A stretch of DNA of 64,000 nucleotides from Hypanus sabinus (GCF_030144855.1 NC_082718.1:6014001-6078000); one strand, 5' to 3'; shown: positions 14,380 to 26,836, counted from the stretch's first letter. Translations and numbers: made by a program. The notes: a model not told the origin generated them from the sequence alone.

Positions 14380-15780
14380 TTGGAGAGGCATAATATGATT
14401 AGGAATTTTGGAGAGGCATAATATAATATGATTAGGAATAGTCAGCATGGCTTCGTGAAAGGCAGGTCGTGCCTTACGAGCCTGAATGAATTTTTTGAGG
14501 ATGTGACTAAACATATTGCCGAAGGAAGAGCCATAGATCTAGTGTATATGGATTTCAGCAAGGCATTTGATAAGGTACCCCATGCAAGGCTTATTGAGAA
14601 AGTAAGGAGACATGGGAACCAAGGGGGCATTGCTTTGTGGATCGAGAACTGGCTTGTCCACAGAAGACAAAGAGTGGTTGTAGACGGGTCATATTCTGCA
14701 TAGAGGTCGGACACCAGTGGTGTGCTTCAGGGATCTGTTCTGACACCCTTACTCTTCGTGATTTTTATAAATGACCTGAATGAGGAAGTGGAGGGATGAG
14801 TTAGTAAGTTTGCTGATGACACAAAGGTTGGGGGTGTTGTGGATAATGTGGAGGGCTGTCAGAGGATACAGCAGGACATTGATAGGATGCAAAACTGGGC
14901 TGAGAAGTGGCAGATGGAGTTCAACCCAGATAAGTGTGAGGTGGTTCATTTTAGTAGGTCAAATATGATGCCAGAATATAGTATTAATGATAAGACTCTT
15001 GGCAGTGTGGAGGATCAGAGGGATCTTGGGGTCCGAGTCCATAGGACACTCAAAGCTGCTGCACAGGTTGACTCTGTGGTTAAGAAAGCATATGGTGCAT
15101 TGGCCTTCATCAATCGGGAGATTGAGTTTAAGGGTAGAGAGGTAATGTTGCAGCTATATAGGACCCTGGTCATACCCCACTTGGAGTACTGTGCTCAGTT
15201 CTGGTCGCCTCACTACAGGAAGGATGTGGAAACTATAGAAAGGGTGCAGAGGAGATTTACAAGGATGTTGCCTGGATTGGGAAGCATGCCTTATGACAAT
15301 AGGTTGAGTGAATTCGGCCTTTTCTCCTGGAGCGACAGAGGATGAGCTGTGACCTGTTAGAGGTGTAAAAAACTAATGAGAGGCATTGATTGTGTGGGTA
15401 GTCAGAGGCTTTTCCCCATGGCTGAAATGGCTAGCACGAGAGGGACAGTCAACGTTTTGGAAACGTTTTTCCGAAACGTTGACTGCTCCCTTCAATGGAT
15501 GCTCCCCGACCTGCCGAGTTCATCAGCTTGTTTGTATGTCTTGATTTGACCACAGCATCTGCAGTGTACTTTGTGTTTAGCATGAGAGGGCATAGTTTTA
15601 AGGTGCTTGGAAGTAGTTACAGAGGAGATGTCAGGGGTAAATTGTTGTTTTTACGCAGGTGGTGGTGAGTGTATGGAATGGGCTGCCAGCGACGGTGGTG
15701 CAGGTGGAAACAATAGGGTCTTTTAAGAGACTCCTGGATGACAACATGGAGCTTAGAAAGCTAGAAGGCTATGGGTGAAG
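14380..15780 (+). mobile_element. CR1 LINE 5'-truncated copy in the KLHDC10-ZC3HC1 intergenic region
   Basis: SQHGFVKGRSCLT, DFSKAFDKVPH, PHLEYCAQFWSPH. Confidence 0.92.
15445..15577 (+). mobile_element. Short Penelope-terminus-derived insertion in CR1 with 13-bp TSD
   Basis: TAGCACGAGAGGG (15432-15444) / TAGCATGAGAGGG (15578-15590); palindromic 5' junction around GAAACGTTGACTG. Confidence 0.75.
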
Positions 15781-16039
15781 AAAGAAAATATTGTTTGAGT
15801 AGACGATCAACCATAATTTTGCTTCAAGGCAGAAAAGGGTAGAGGGGCAAAAAGAGCCACTCCTGTACCTACATCAAATGCTCTATAACAACTATAGAAC
15901 ATCCCAATGTACTTAACCACCAACTAAATACTTCTCACTCTCCTGCAACCTGCAAGTGCTCTGTAATAACTGTAGAACATCCCAAGCATCAATTCGATAC
16001 TGCTCACACACTTACTTACATAATGTAGGAAACTCAGCA

Positions 16040-16300
16040 AGGTCTCACGAGCAATTAATTTTTTTCTGCTATTAGCAGAGGGAATATTATCAATCACAAC
16101 AGACACAATAACACATGCATGACTCACTATCTCCAGTTGTATGTCTTTTCGAATGTGGGAGGAAACCGGAGCACCTGGAGGAAACCCACACAGCCACGGG
16201 GAGAACGTAGGAACTTCTTACAGACAGTTGTGGGTATCAAACCCTGATTGGCGGTTACTGGGGCTCTAAAGTGTTGCACTGATTACTACACTGCCATGCT
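16040..16300 (-). mobile_element. tRNA-derived V-SINE (HE1-like)
   Basis: V-domain GGGTTTCCTCCAGGTGCTCCGGTTTCCTCCCACA on the - strand. Confidence 0.75.
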
Positions 16301-18094
16301 AGCCTAGAGTTCCTCCAATTCACGAGTTCCACCATCTGCAGAATCTCTTGCATCAACCAGAAAACTAAGCCAACTCCTTACAATCTTTTGCTAAAGTAGA
16401 GACAGGTACTTTGTATCTCAGAGAACTAACAGGGGTTCGGGTCGGTACGTTAATCAAGTCATAGCACTTCAAAGAACAAAGGAATTTGTCAAGAGTACAT
16501 TGAACAACTGGTCTGCATCCCTGTTTAAGTGTTTGGAGTTCAACTTGTTTCTATAACTTTCTGTCTCAGGGCAAAAATGATAATTCGGAGTTATGGCTTG
16601 GATAGAGAAATTGGGCCTCAAGAATAAGTCTTAAATAGTAATAGTAATAAAAAGTAACAAGTCATAAACCAATTACATATTCTCCAAATGCACAGTATTT
16701 CTAATTTGATTTTTTTCATTCTTTTCTTCATTATCTTCAGCAAATATTGATAAATGTTGATATGCTCTTGTATCAGTCATGTTCACCATCCTAAATCTTT
16801 TACATTTATTATCATAATAAAGTTTGTAATGCTCAGTACAACGGTGAACTGTTTCTAGTTACCTTGTTCATAATCGATTGTAAATAAAATAGCGCCAGCT
16901 TTCTGCAACTGAGCATGTGTTTTTTCATAGCAAGCAAAATCCTGCTGAATTAGTCTCGCATTACCTTTCCTGCCATCCTTCTTAAAACGTGGTTCATTAT
17001 TCTGCACAATATTCCATCAGTGTCCTTGATAAGGGTAGTTTAAACAGCAACACCATGATCTGCAAAGCCAAGTTGGTTGAAATATCGGAGTTTTAATCTA
17101 ACGCATGCGGAGATGAAGGGAGCAACACACATTCACAATGTTGGATGAACTCGGCAGGTCAAGCAGGTTTAACAGGGGAAAATGAACAGCTGATGTTTTG
17201 GACTGTGATCCTTCATCAGGACTGGAAGTGAAGAGGGCACAACACCTAGAAGAAGGAAACCAGAGACCGTACATAAAATCTTGTTTACACATCTTGCCAA
17301 GAAAGGATCTGAAGTCACGACCACGGGATTGCTAAGCAACTAACATAATTCTGTTGACACTTGCTAAGTCACCTTTGGTACCACCAACAATGTCCCTGTA
17401 CGCATTGGCTTAAAAATCACTTGCTATTAAATAGACTTTTCATGACCTTAGGAAGTTCTGAAACATGTACGACAATATGCTGTAAGTGTAGTTGGTGCTC
17501 TAATACGGCAACTGCAAACGCCATTATCCTCACGGCACACTCCCCCACATAGCAATGCGACAAATTTGTTTTTGTGATACTGAATGAGAGAGAAATATTG
17601 ATCAAGACACTAAGGAAAACTTGCCTGCATTTCTTCTGTACTTTATATGAGGTCTGTTATATCCATGTCAGTCTGACAGGGTTGCTAATGTCTAAATCAA
17701 ACTAAACAGACGATAATTACACGACTGACAAATAACATTTATTTTTATAACTAATAAAGTTTTCAAATAAAGCAAAATTTAAAAGAAAAACTACTTGATT
17801 TTTTTCCCTGGTAGGTCGCTCGATAAAATGCCCCAGAGATTAATCTGCACATCTGGGATGAAAGAACAGCGTTTCCAAGGAACTCAGTAAGAAAGAAGTC
17901 AACTTCCTTCCTCGACAAGCGAAGGAGGAATGTACCCCAAATTAGTTCCGCATCAGCTTGGACTCGGTGGTTTGAACAGAGGCTCAATTATCTGCGCGAC
18001 GATAAATCAGCATGTAACTCTCTCGTTTGCAGAAGAAATAATACTTCAGCTAAACCGCTTTTGTTGCTCTCGAGTGCGCTTTGCTGACCTGTTT

Positions 18095-18190
18095 GCTTGG
18101 GGCGGGGGTAGCACTTCGAGCCCCGGAACGTTTGTACAGAGTTTGTTGTGAGTGGGACGCTGATAACCGTAGGATCAAAGATGGCGGCAC
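18095..18190 (+). promoter_or_regulatory. ZC3HC1 TATA-less core promoter: GC box, ETS-like CCGGAA, YY1 motif overlapping the ATG
   Basis: GGGGCGGGG 18099-18107; CCGGAA 18123-18128; AAGATGGCGGC 18178-18188; local CpG enrichment. Confidence 0.6.
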
Positions 18191-18287
18191 TAGGGAGTGA
18201 GTGTGATCATCCTTCACCAAGGACCAAAAGTGTGTCTGAGACTCCGCAGAAAGTGCGGCAACTCTTGTCCGACAGCATCGCAGAGAC
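18181..18287 (+). CDS. ZC3HC1: ZC3HC1/NIPA coding exon 1 (MAALGSECDHPSPRTKSVSETPQKVRQLLSDSIAET)
   Basis: ATG in AAGATGGCGG context in CpG-rich DNA; TPQKVRQL resembles human TPQKIRQL; donor GTAATT at 18288, phase 2 matches exon 2. Confidence 0.88.
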
Positions 18288-20927
18288 GTAATTTCAATGC
18301 ACCTTAGGGTTATTGCTTCTTGCCGATGGTATTTCCGCGCGATGCCCTTCTGGGCATGGGAATGAATGGGCCCAGCGTCAGTACTCCGTCTCCCGACTTG
18401 TGTGTCTAAGGATTGTTCCTTGCTGCAAACTGTTTGGGACAATCCGTTTTTAGCGTTTATCAATGAGAAGTAGTTGCAAAAACGAGCAGCATACCCAATT
18501 GCAGTCCTGGATCTCTGTGTGCATCCCCATTTCAATTGTACCATTGAGTGATTTGCTTGTGAGTTCATTCCAATCCAGAGATTTCATCGTATAATCCAGT
18601 GCTATTATTCAGGGATAATTCAATAGCACATTGATGTCCAGTTATATTTGTTCTCCTCTATTTACTTGGCCGGGGAATAGAGGTCATGTCCCTCTTCAAG
18701 TTGGTGTCACATGATCCTCGTAGAGCAGCGAGACGTTCAGTTAACTCGTATAGAATGGCACTTAACAGTGAAATGCTTTTTAAACAGGATATTTGAATCG
18801 TTAAGGCACGGGAGGCCGTTCAATCTATTGAGTAAGCAATTCAGCTAATCAGATTCTCCTGTAATTTTCTTTCTTATACTTATTAAGCTCTTTTTGAATA
18901 TCACGATTGTATCTGTTTCTACTACTACCTCGGGCTCTACATTCTAGATGAGTACTATTCGTTGAAATTTCTTTTCTCTAACTCTGTACAATATTCCCTG
19001 GTCTTGACACCCAACAATTTTGCTTTTATACTCTGTCTACATCCTTAATAATTTTAAATACTTCTATCCAATTGTTTTTTAGCCATTGTTCCAAGTAGAA
19101 CAGTACCAATTTATCCACAAGTCCTGCAATCATTTTGGTTAACTAATTCTCCACCCTAGATAAAACAAAACTTCTATGCCTTTCCTAAAATGCAGTACCT
19201 GCAGCTGTTTTCTAATTTATTAAGATTTATTTTTTCTTGAACTCTCTCTCTATGTAAATCTCAGGATGCTTGTACTTTAAGCACTTTCTCAGCCTATCTT
19301 GCAACTTTCAACAAACTATGCACACAAACTTCCAAATATCTCTGTTCTTGTACCTATTTTAATAACTTTTTAAATTCAGGTTTTGGGCTCTGGGCTTTGC
19401 CAGTCAAGTATTTATTGCCCTGAAGAATGTGGTGCTGAGCTGCTACCTTGATCTGCTGTAGTTGTACTTGTAAAGGTATTCCCACAATAATGTTGTGTGG
19501 GGATTTCCAGAATTTGGATACCTTTCATTTCACGATGGTGTGTGGCTTGGAGAGGAATCTACAGTTCTTATACTACTTGGTGCCAAAAAGTCACAGGTCT
19601 TGTGTACCCTTGGTGGTGTGCATTTTGTGAACTGATAAAGGAGAATGAAAAATATTTATTATACTCTTGACCTGTGCTCATAGAAAGTAGAACAGATGGG
19701 GGACATCAGGAAGCAAACCTATGGCCTGCTCTTGTCACCACAACATTTATATGGCTGATCCCATTGAGATTTTTCCCATGGTCACCCGTGGTGCTGATGG
19801 TAGGGGACTGAGCAATGACAATGGCATTGAATGTTAAGGGTAGGTGACAGATTGAGCCCATACAGCATGTCTGACACAAATACTACTGTCGCTCATCAGC
19901 CTGTAGTTAAATATCAAATCCTTGCTATCTGCATTATTTATTTAGACAGTACACTCCTTCAATTCACACCACCTGACAACAGCCAATTTTACCTTTAAGT
20001 TAATCACAGGACAGTTTACAAAGACTAATTAACCTACTAATCAGTACATCCTTGGATTGCAGAAGGAGACTGGTATTATGGTCCTGATTTACAGCTCATA
20101 GAAAGTGGAACAGATTTGGGACATGTCACAGAAGGGTAGGAATGGACTGATTCATTGTTGAGGACTTATAAACAGATTTGGACATTATGCAGTGATGACT
20201 ACTTCAGCCATTAGATTGTTTTTCCTTTGATACTGATGAACTTCATTTAAAGTAGGCTGTCTTGTCATTTAGCTTGTTCAAACACGACCTTTATGTCGAC
20301 GGCAGCAGTCTTGCCTCACTTCTGGAATTCCGCTCTTGTATTAGTGTTTGAAACAAAACTGTGATGAGGTGTGAAGCCAAGTGGAATAACAGAGCACTGG
20401 GGTGCAGCAAAACCTATTCAGCACTTCCTCGTCAGAGTACTGAACACCAACGTTCCAATACCTCCAGAAGCAAGCTGCTCTGGAACAATTATAAAATAGG
20501 CATTTACTTGACAATGTGGAAAACATCCCCAGATATGTCCTGTTCTTAGGAGAACAAATCCAATCCACCCAATTACCCCACAATCAGCCTACTTTTAACA
20601 TCAAAGTGATAGAAGACTTTGTTGACAGTGCTATCAGTCACTAATAACCTGCTTCTGATGCCAGTTTGATTTTGCAAATTCCACCAACAGGTAGATGGCA
20701 GATGAAATGTTATGTATGCATCTTCCTGTATGCTATTACCACCTTCTTTGGCATGTATTATAAGCCTGGCTTATATGCTCAAAACTCTGGAGTGGAATTT
20801 CAATCAACTATCTGATGATCACTAACATGTTGCCTAAAAATAAACTGCTTACTTCCTTTTGCTCTGCTAGTAATAGATTGATCTGTAGAGTATTGATATC
20901 CAAGTGTTATTTATCTTTGTTTCCTAG

Positions 20928-21042
20928 TGATCAGTCAACTTCCACCCTTGAATCACCAGATGACAGTGATTTACCTGGATTGCCAGTTCCTTGTGATGCA
21001 GCTAACAAAGAAGCTTTTTTCTCACGGGTTGAAACTTTCACA
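20928..21042 (+). CDS. ZC3HC1: ZC3HC1 exon 2 (...CDAANKEAFFSRVETFT)
   Basis: Acceptor ttcctAG; KEAFFSRVETF is the NIPA signature; followed by U12 donor ATATCCTT at 21043. Confidence 0.95.
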
Positions 21043-22559
21043 ATATCCTTCAATGTTGTTACATACTCAGAGACTCGCATCTCAGAGATCTCAGTGTTCA
21101 GTTTTGCAAACAGTAATGCCCAATTCTACAGTAGAATATTACCTGTACCAAGTAATGGAAAGTGAAGCACTGATGCTGACAGGTTCTAGGTCAACTTCGA
21201 GGTATTGAATTTCAGTTTCAGTGCAGTAATGCTTTTATGATGTAAATATTGATTTATTAGACAATATAAAAGAGATAGAGGTCAGAAAGCTCCAGATACT
21301 TATAAGGGATAAGACTAGGGCAGATATGAATGGCAAAACAATAGCGTCCTGGTCAATAGTCTCTTGTTTTCACAAGGTAAAGATTCAAGATTGTTTGATG
21401 TCATTTCCTGTACACAAGTGTAAGGAAAATAAAATAATTTTTACTTTGGATCTGATGCAGCAGGAAAAAGAAACACTACAAAAGCGAAACTCAATAATAA
21501 TTTAAAAATGCAATAAATACAAATATTTAAGGTGACTTGTATACGATACACAGTTTGATTGTATGCCCATAAAGTGTCGCTAGGCTACACATAAGGTGAC
21601 TGACAGGAAATAATAAAGTAGTGGTGGAGTTAGTGGGTGGAGGTGTTGATCTGTTTTCCTGCTTGGGGGAAAGTAACTATTTTGAGTCTGGTGGTGTGGA
21701 TGCTACATAGCCTCTTGGGACAAATAGACCATGGGTAGGGTTTGTGGGTCCTTTGTGGATACTGGCTCTGTTCCAGCACCTTTCTGTATATATGTATGTC
21801 CTTGATGTGGGTAGGCTGGTGCCAGTGATGTGTTGGGCAGTTTGGACTCCCCATTGCAGAGCCTTCCTGTCTGCCGCAATGCCGCTTCTGTACCGTGCAG
21901 TGATGCAGCTTGTAGAATGATGTGAGTTTGGGAATTAATTTATATCTAGAAGAAATGTTAACATGAAATTGAATATTAAATGCTAGGAGGTAATGCAGGG
22001 CTGCATCACAGTAGTCAAGTTTCCACTGGTGATTCATGAACTTGTGAACTCCTGTGCTTTGCTGGGTGGTGGCAGCTGTACAGATATCTGCAGTGTGATT
22101 CACTTCCAGCACCCCACATGGTTGGATTGCTTGTCCCTACCAATATGTAGGTGCACATGAATGAACATTTATTCAATTTTTCTGAAAGGTGCAATGGGTC
22201 AACAACCTCACAGAGTATAAGAAAGAGAATCTGTGAAGGAACAGAAAGAAAAACTTTGTACAAACTGCATAATCTCAGGTCTCTGGCTCTTCCTTCCCAG
22301 TTCCCTCTGCACATAGTTGTGGAAGGAGCTAGAGCTAGCAATGTTCTACCAAACTCAGCTGATGAGAAGTGATACTCCCACCCCTCCCCTTCATGCCTGA
22401 TTTTATGGCATTAAAAACATGCTCCTCCTACTCTGCATATATTAATGGCCATTAATGTTATGGCAGAGTGAGGATAAATTAACATAGCAGGAATGTTGTG
22501 TACCAAGTTGAAAAAGCTTCTGATGAATGGACTAAGCACTTTTTTCTTGACAAAGATAC
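21043..22559 (+). other. U12-type (minor spliceosome) AT-AC intron, ZC3HC1 intron 2
   Basis: 5' ATATCCTT, branch-like TTCTTGAC at 22544-22551, terminal AC at 22558-22559; splicing here joins ETFT|SFKWAG in frame. Confidence 0.93.
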
Positions 22560-22710
22560 TCATTCAAGTGGGCTGGCATGGCATTTGAGCTCTCCCCTTT
22601 ACACTGTGCCAAGTATGGCTGGACTAATGTTGAGTGTGATACATTGAAGTGTTCCAGCTGCCAAGCTTTCCTGTGTGCAACCCTGCACCCCTTATTGGAC
22701 ATCAATAAAT
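22560..22710 (+). CDS. ZC3HC1: ZC3HC1 exon 3 (SFKWAGMAFELSPLHCAKYGWTNVECDTLKCSSCQAFLCATLHPLLDINK), first C3HC/BIR-like zinc module
   Basis: Preceded by U12 branch-like TTCTTGAC and AC acceptor; in frame with exon 2; donor GTAAGA at 22711. Confidence 0.96.
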
Positions 22711-22819
22711 GTAAGATGTATGTTTTATATTGATTCCTTTTTAAATTGTCATTATTTGCCTTTTCACCTCCCAGGTCACTCTTTTCTCTCATTAAACACA
22801 CATGCTTGTTTGTGTTTTA

Positions 22820-23240
22820 CTTACTGTCTGTTACGCCACTGGCTTTTTGGGCAGCAATGAAGGTCCTGCATCTCTGGCGGTGCTCAGGGCTTCCTTCATC
22901 ATGTCAGTAGATTCCTCTCGGGTTTCATTACTGTCACTCATGCAAGTCCTGGGTGGAGACTTAGGAATACCATCACACTCAGATGTAGAAGGATTCTTCA
23001 TTGCTGTTTCCATAACAATTTTGTTTTACTAGTCAGGACTGTTGACCCTGAGCTGAACCCCCGAACCTGGAAGACTATTGGACCACTCTTAGTTTGTCCT
23101 CTACCCTTTGACCAGTTTGGCATGGATGGCCCTGCCAAAAGCCAATGCGTAAAGTCCTGACTCCAGCCAACACAGCTCTCTAGGTCACAGAGACACGTAA
23201 GCCTCCAAATCCAACGACAAGGTTGTGGTCCCCTTGGAAG
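22820..23240 (-). mobile_element. Non-autonomous RTE-derived element (5'UTR fused to 3' end)
   Basis: CTTGTCGT..GGCTT..GAGAGCT..GTGGTCCA RTE-type 5'UTR joined to an RTE-like 3' end with TAAG tail; second copy at 63665-63960. Confidence 0.6.
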
Positions 23241-23789
23241 TTCTTGTGTTTTGTTGAAGGCGTAAAAACTCTAGGAACCATGGAATATTTGGATCTGATT
23301 TTGGCCATCACTAGCTAAACTCTGCTCCCATTCAATGCTGTATGATTAAGCTCTCCAGAAATATTAATTTCCAAAGATAACCATACAGGAGAAAATATCT
23401 CATTGAACCCAGCAGGACCATGTCAGTTGTTAGGTTCCACCTTATTTATTTCAACCCAATCAGCAAGATTCCCTTTCTTCCCCCAGGTCTAACTGTATTT
23501 CTCTTAAATACATCCTCTGTGTGAGATTAAGTCCACATACTACTTGCTAAGTAAATTTGTAATGTATATTCCTCATTGAAATTCATGTTGGCTTTCTCAT
23601 ATTTATGGCCTCGATTCCTGGAATGATGCACAATCGGAAACCTCATCTCTACAGGTGTCTTCTTAAATCTCTTCCAAATTTTTAATTAGGCCATGCCTTA
23701 GTTTACAGAGAAGGGAACAACAAGCTGTTTGGTGTTTCTAGAGAGTTATCACATTAGAACTTTCTTTTGCAAACACAAGAAAATCTGTA

Positions 23790-24150
23790 GACACCTGATA
23801 GAAGGTGTATAAGATGATGAGAGGCATTGATCGTGTGGACAGTCAGAGGCTTTTTCCCAGGGCTGAAATGGTTGCCACAAGAGGTCACAGGTTTAAGGTG
23901 CTGGGGAGTAGGTACAGAGGTGATGTCAAGGGTAAGTTTTTTACTCAGAGAGCGGTGAGTGCGTGAAATGGGCTGCCGACAACGGTGGTGGAGGTGGATA
24001 TGATAGGGTCTTTTAGATAAGTACATGGAGCTTAATAAAATAGAGGGCTATGAGTAAGCCTAGGTAATTTCTAAGGTGGGGACATGTTCAGCACAACTTT
24101 ATGGGCTGAAGGGCTTCTGTTGTTCTGTAGGTTTTACTATGTTTCTATGC
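23790..24150 (+). mobile_element. CR1 3' fragment
   Basis: Same 3' sequence as 7570-7940. Confidence 0.85.
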
Positions 24151-24241
24151 TGGAAGTTCAAAGAAACACACACAAAATACTGGGGGAGCTCAGCGGGACA
24201 GGCAGCAGCTATGGAAAAGGGTAAACAGTCGATGTTTTGAC

Positions 24242-24279
24242 CTGTTCTGATGAAGGCTCTCAGCCCGAAACGTCGACTG
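24242..24279 (+). ncRNA. Minimal type-I hammerhead ribozyme motif in a Penelope-derived fold-back (24165-24330)
   Basis: CTGATGA-A-GGCT(CTC)AGCC-C-GAAAC-GTC-GACTG; core intact, helix I weakened. Confidence 0.6.
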
Positions 24280-24946
24280 TTTACTTTTCTACAGACGCTG
24301 CCTGGCCTGCTGAGTTCCTCCAGCATTTTTGCTCTACTGTTCTCTTTTTTGCTATTCTAATCCCATTCATGACCCTCCTGAAAAATGGAGATGAGAGCTG
24401 TGCAAAATATATCTTTTCTGTTCTTCTCCCTCAATCTGTTGTGTCTCTAAGAATCAAGATTATTTAATGGCATTTCCAGTACACAAGTGTGAACAAGAAT
24501 GAAATAATTGTTGCTCCAGATCTAATGGAGCACAAAAAAATGCAATAACATATATAATACAACAATTAAAAAACAGTAAAAATAAATACATAAGATAGCT
24601 TATATACAGAGATTAATTGTATGTCCATAAATGTTGCTCGGGACAGGAGTGTCTGTACCTAAGGTGAATCCGAAAAGAAATAATAAATAGTCTTGGGGGT
24701 GTGGAAGGGTGGATTAGTAGGTGGAGTTGTTGATCAGTCTCACTACTTGGGGAAAGTAACTGTTTTAGACTGGTGGGCCTGGCATCTGCCGTGTCCTGTA
24801 TCCTCAGATAGTGACATCTACCTTTTGTATTAAAGTTGTGATGAGCGATCAATTGTTCAGCGCTTTCCTCAGCTGGTTTTTTGCTGAGGAGCAATTTTAC
24901 ATAAAATGTGCCTCATTTATTTGTTTTTCCAACTTTAACCTTTAAG

Positions 24947-25030
24947 ATAAAGAAAGGATAACTGTGCTGCAGGATAGTCTGAAAACGGCACACGAGAAGT
25001 TCTGCTTCTGGCCTGACAGTCCCTGTCCAG
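24947..25030 (+). CDS. ZC3HC1: ZC3HC1 exon 4 (YKERITVLQDSLKTAHEKFCFWPDSPCP)
   Basis: AG/GT boundaries, phase 1-1; AHEKFCFWPDSP motif supplies the H and C zinc ligands. Confidence 0.96.
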
Positions 25031-26138
25031 GTGAGGTGGGAGGAAGTGTGTTAAATCGTAAACATAATTTTCACCTCTCCCCCTTCCCTCTTCCTCCATT
25101 CCCTACTCTGACTTTCCTCTTACCTCTCCTTTTCTCCTTACCTCCCCTGGTGCCCATCCTCTTTCTCTTTCTCCCACAGTCCACTGCCCTTTCCTATCAG
25201 ACTACTTCTTCTCCAGTCCTTTACCTTTCCCACCTATCCCCTCTTAGCTTCTTACTTCATCCTGTCCTGCACTTACCTGTCACCTTCTAGCTTGTACTCC
25301 TTCCCAGTGCTGATGAAGGCTCTCGACTCAAAACATGAACTTTTTATACATTTCCATAAATGCTGCCCGACCTGCTGAGTTCCTTCAGCATTTTGTGTAT
25401 GTTGCTCTGAATATTATTAAATCTTTTGTGTTCCTCACTGTGCTTATAAGGCTTGTATCTGCATATACTTTCAATCTATTCTTCCCTATTTCCTACTTAC
25501 TTTCTTGTCCTGGAATGTACCTTGATAATCTCAAACTTTGGTCTTTAAGTCCTAAGAATAACCATCTGATTTCATTGAAGCTGAGTGTGGTACTCCTAGA
25601 TGAGCATTACATGATGAAGTTCACTTTGCCTCTTTCATTGTTTTTTTTGGGTAATGAATGAATTTTTAAAAATCTGTCATGAGAAATTTATCCTGATTGA
25701 ATTGAAAATGTTTCCATGTTTAAAAGAACTGGAGCTAAATTTATCAAAACAGAATCTAGGGATAGTTTGATTGAGTAGCTATTGAGAGACTTTTCCATGG
25801 TTGGTGTTCAAAATTGTGTTCCAAGATAAATAATTTGTCTTTGCACTGCAATGAAAATAAATCTTCACCCAAAGCGAATGAAATTCTCTATTCTAGACAT
25901 GAATGAACTTTTGATCAAAGATCAACCACAATCTTATTGAGTGCCAATTGGACAGAAGACCTACCCTTATTCAGGCAAGATTTCCCTTTACAGAAACCAT
26001 GCTGACTTTGACTTATTTTATCATTTCTCTCCAAGTACCTCAAAACCTCATCCTTATTAATAGACTTTAAGTGAAGTAGGTCAAGAATTGGATGACATCT
26101 ATGTGGGTCACTCCATTTTCCTTCCATTTTACTGGCAG

Positions 26139-26266
26139 ATCATTTCTGGGCTTTACCTCTAAATGAACCGGCAGCTCTGCTTCACGGGATGGCGGAGAGG
26201 TTCAAGAGTCTGTGCTTGCTGGATATCCAGTTACCAGTCCTCCGACAGGATGACCTCAAAGACATG
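26139..26266 (+). CDS. ZC3HC1: ZC3HC1 exon 5 (DHFWALPLNEPAALLHGMAERFKSLCLLDIQLPVLRQDDLKDM)
   Basis: Polypyrimidine tract with cAG, donor GTGAGT; resembles human LPLDEPA..RFQSLCHLDLQLP. Confidence 0.95.
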
Positions 26267-26532
26267 GTGAGTTCAACAGATCGACCACCCACCCAAATCT
26301 GCTGGGGTCTCTTCATTATGCTGCTTTCATCTCAATTCTGATGACAGGCAGCAGTTTTGACACAAGGTCTCATTTATTTTTCATCTTATTCACAGAGATA
26401 CTGGTTAAAATAAATGACTTTATCCAGGATACAGGAAGATGAAGTGACTGCATGCGTCGTCAGAACAGCTAGAGAGAATTTTCCACACTGAGCACAGAGG
26501 AATAATAAACAGTAAATGTAACTCTGCTAAGT

Positions 26533-26836
26533 GGGCAGCATTGTAGCGTAGTGGTTAGCACAGTGCTTCAGAGTACAGGTGACCCAGGTTCAATTCCTGC
26601 CACTGCCTGTAAGGAGTTTGCACATTTTCCCTATGACCATATGGGTTTCTTCCAGGTGCTCTGGTTTCCTCCTACAGTCCAAAGGTGTACTGGTTGGAAG
26701 GCTAATTGGTAATTGTAAGTTGTCCTGTGATTAGGCCCAGATTAAATCGGGGGGTTGCTGGGCAGCATGGCTCGAAGGGAAGGAAGGACCTGTTCTGCGC
26801 TGTGTCCTGATAAATAGATAGATGGATAGATAGATA
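26533..26836 (+). mobile_element. tRNA-derived V-SINE with (GATA)n tail
   Basis: A-box TAGCGTAGTGG, B-box GGTTCAATTCC, V-domain. Confidence 0.8.

Noticed and set aside
18050-18568. 172-aa antisense ORF over ZC3HC1 exon 1
   Set aside because: No recognisable homology; consistent with a chance ORF in GC-rich promoter DNA
26533-26610. tRNA gene
   Set aside because: A/B boxes continue into a V-SINE body; no intact cloverleaf
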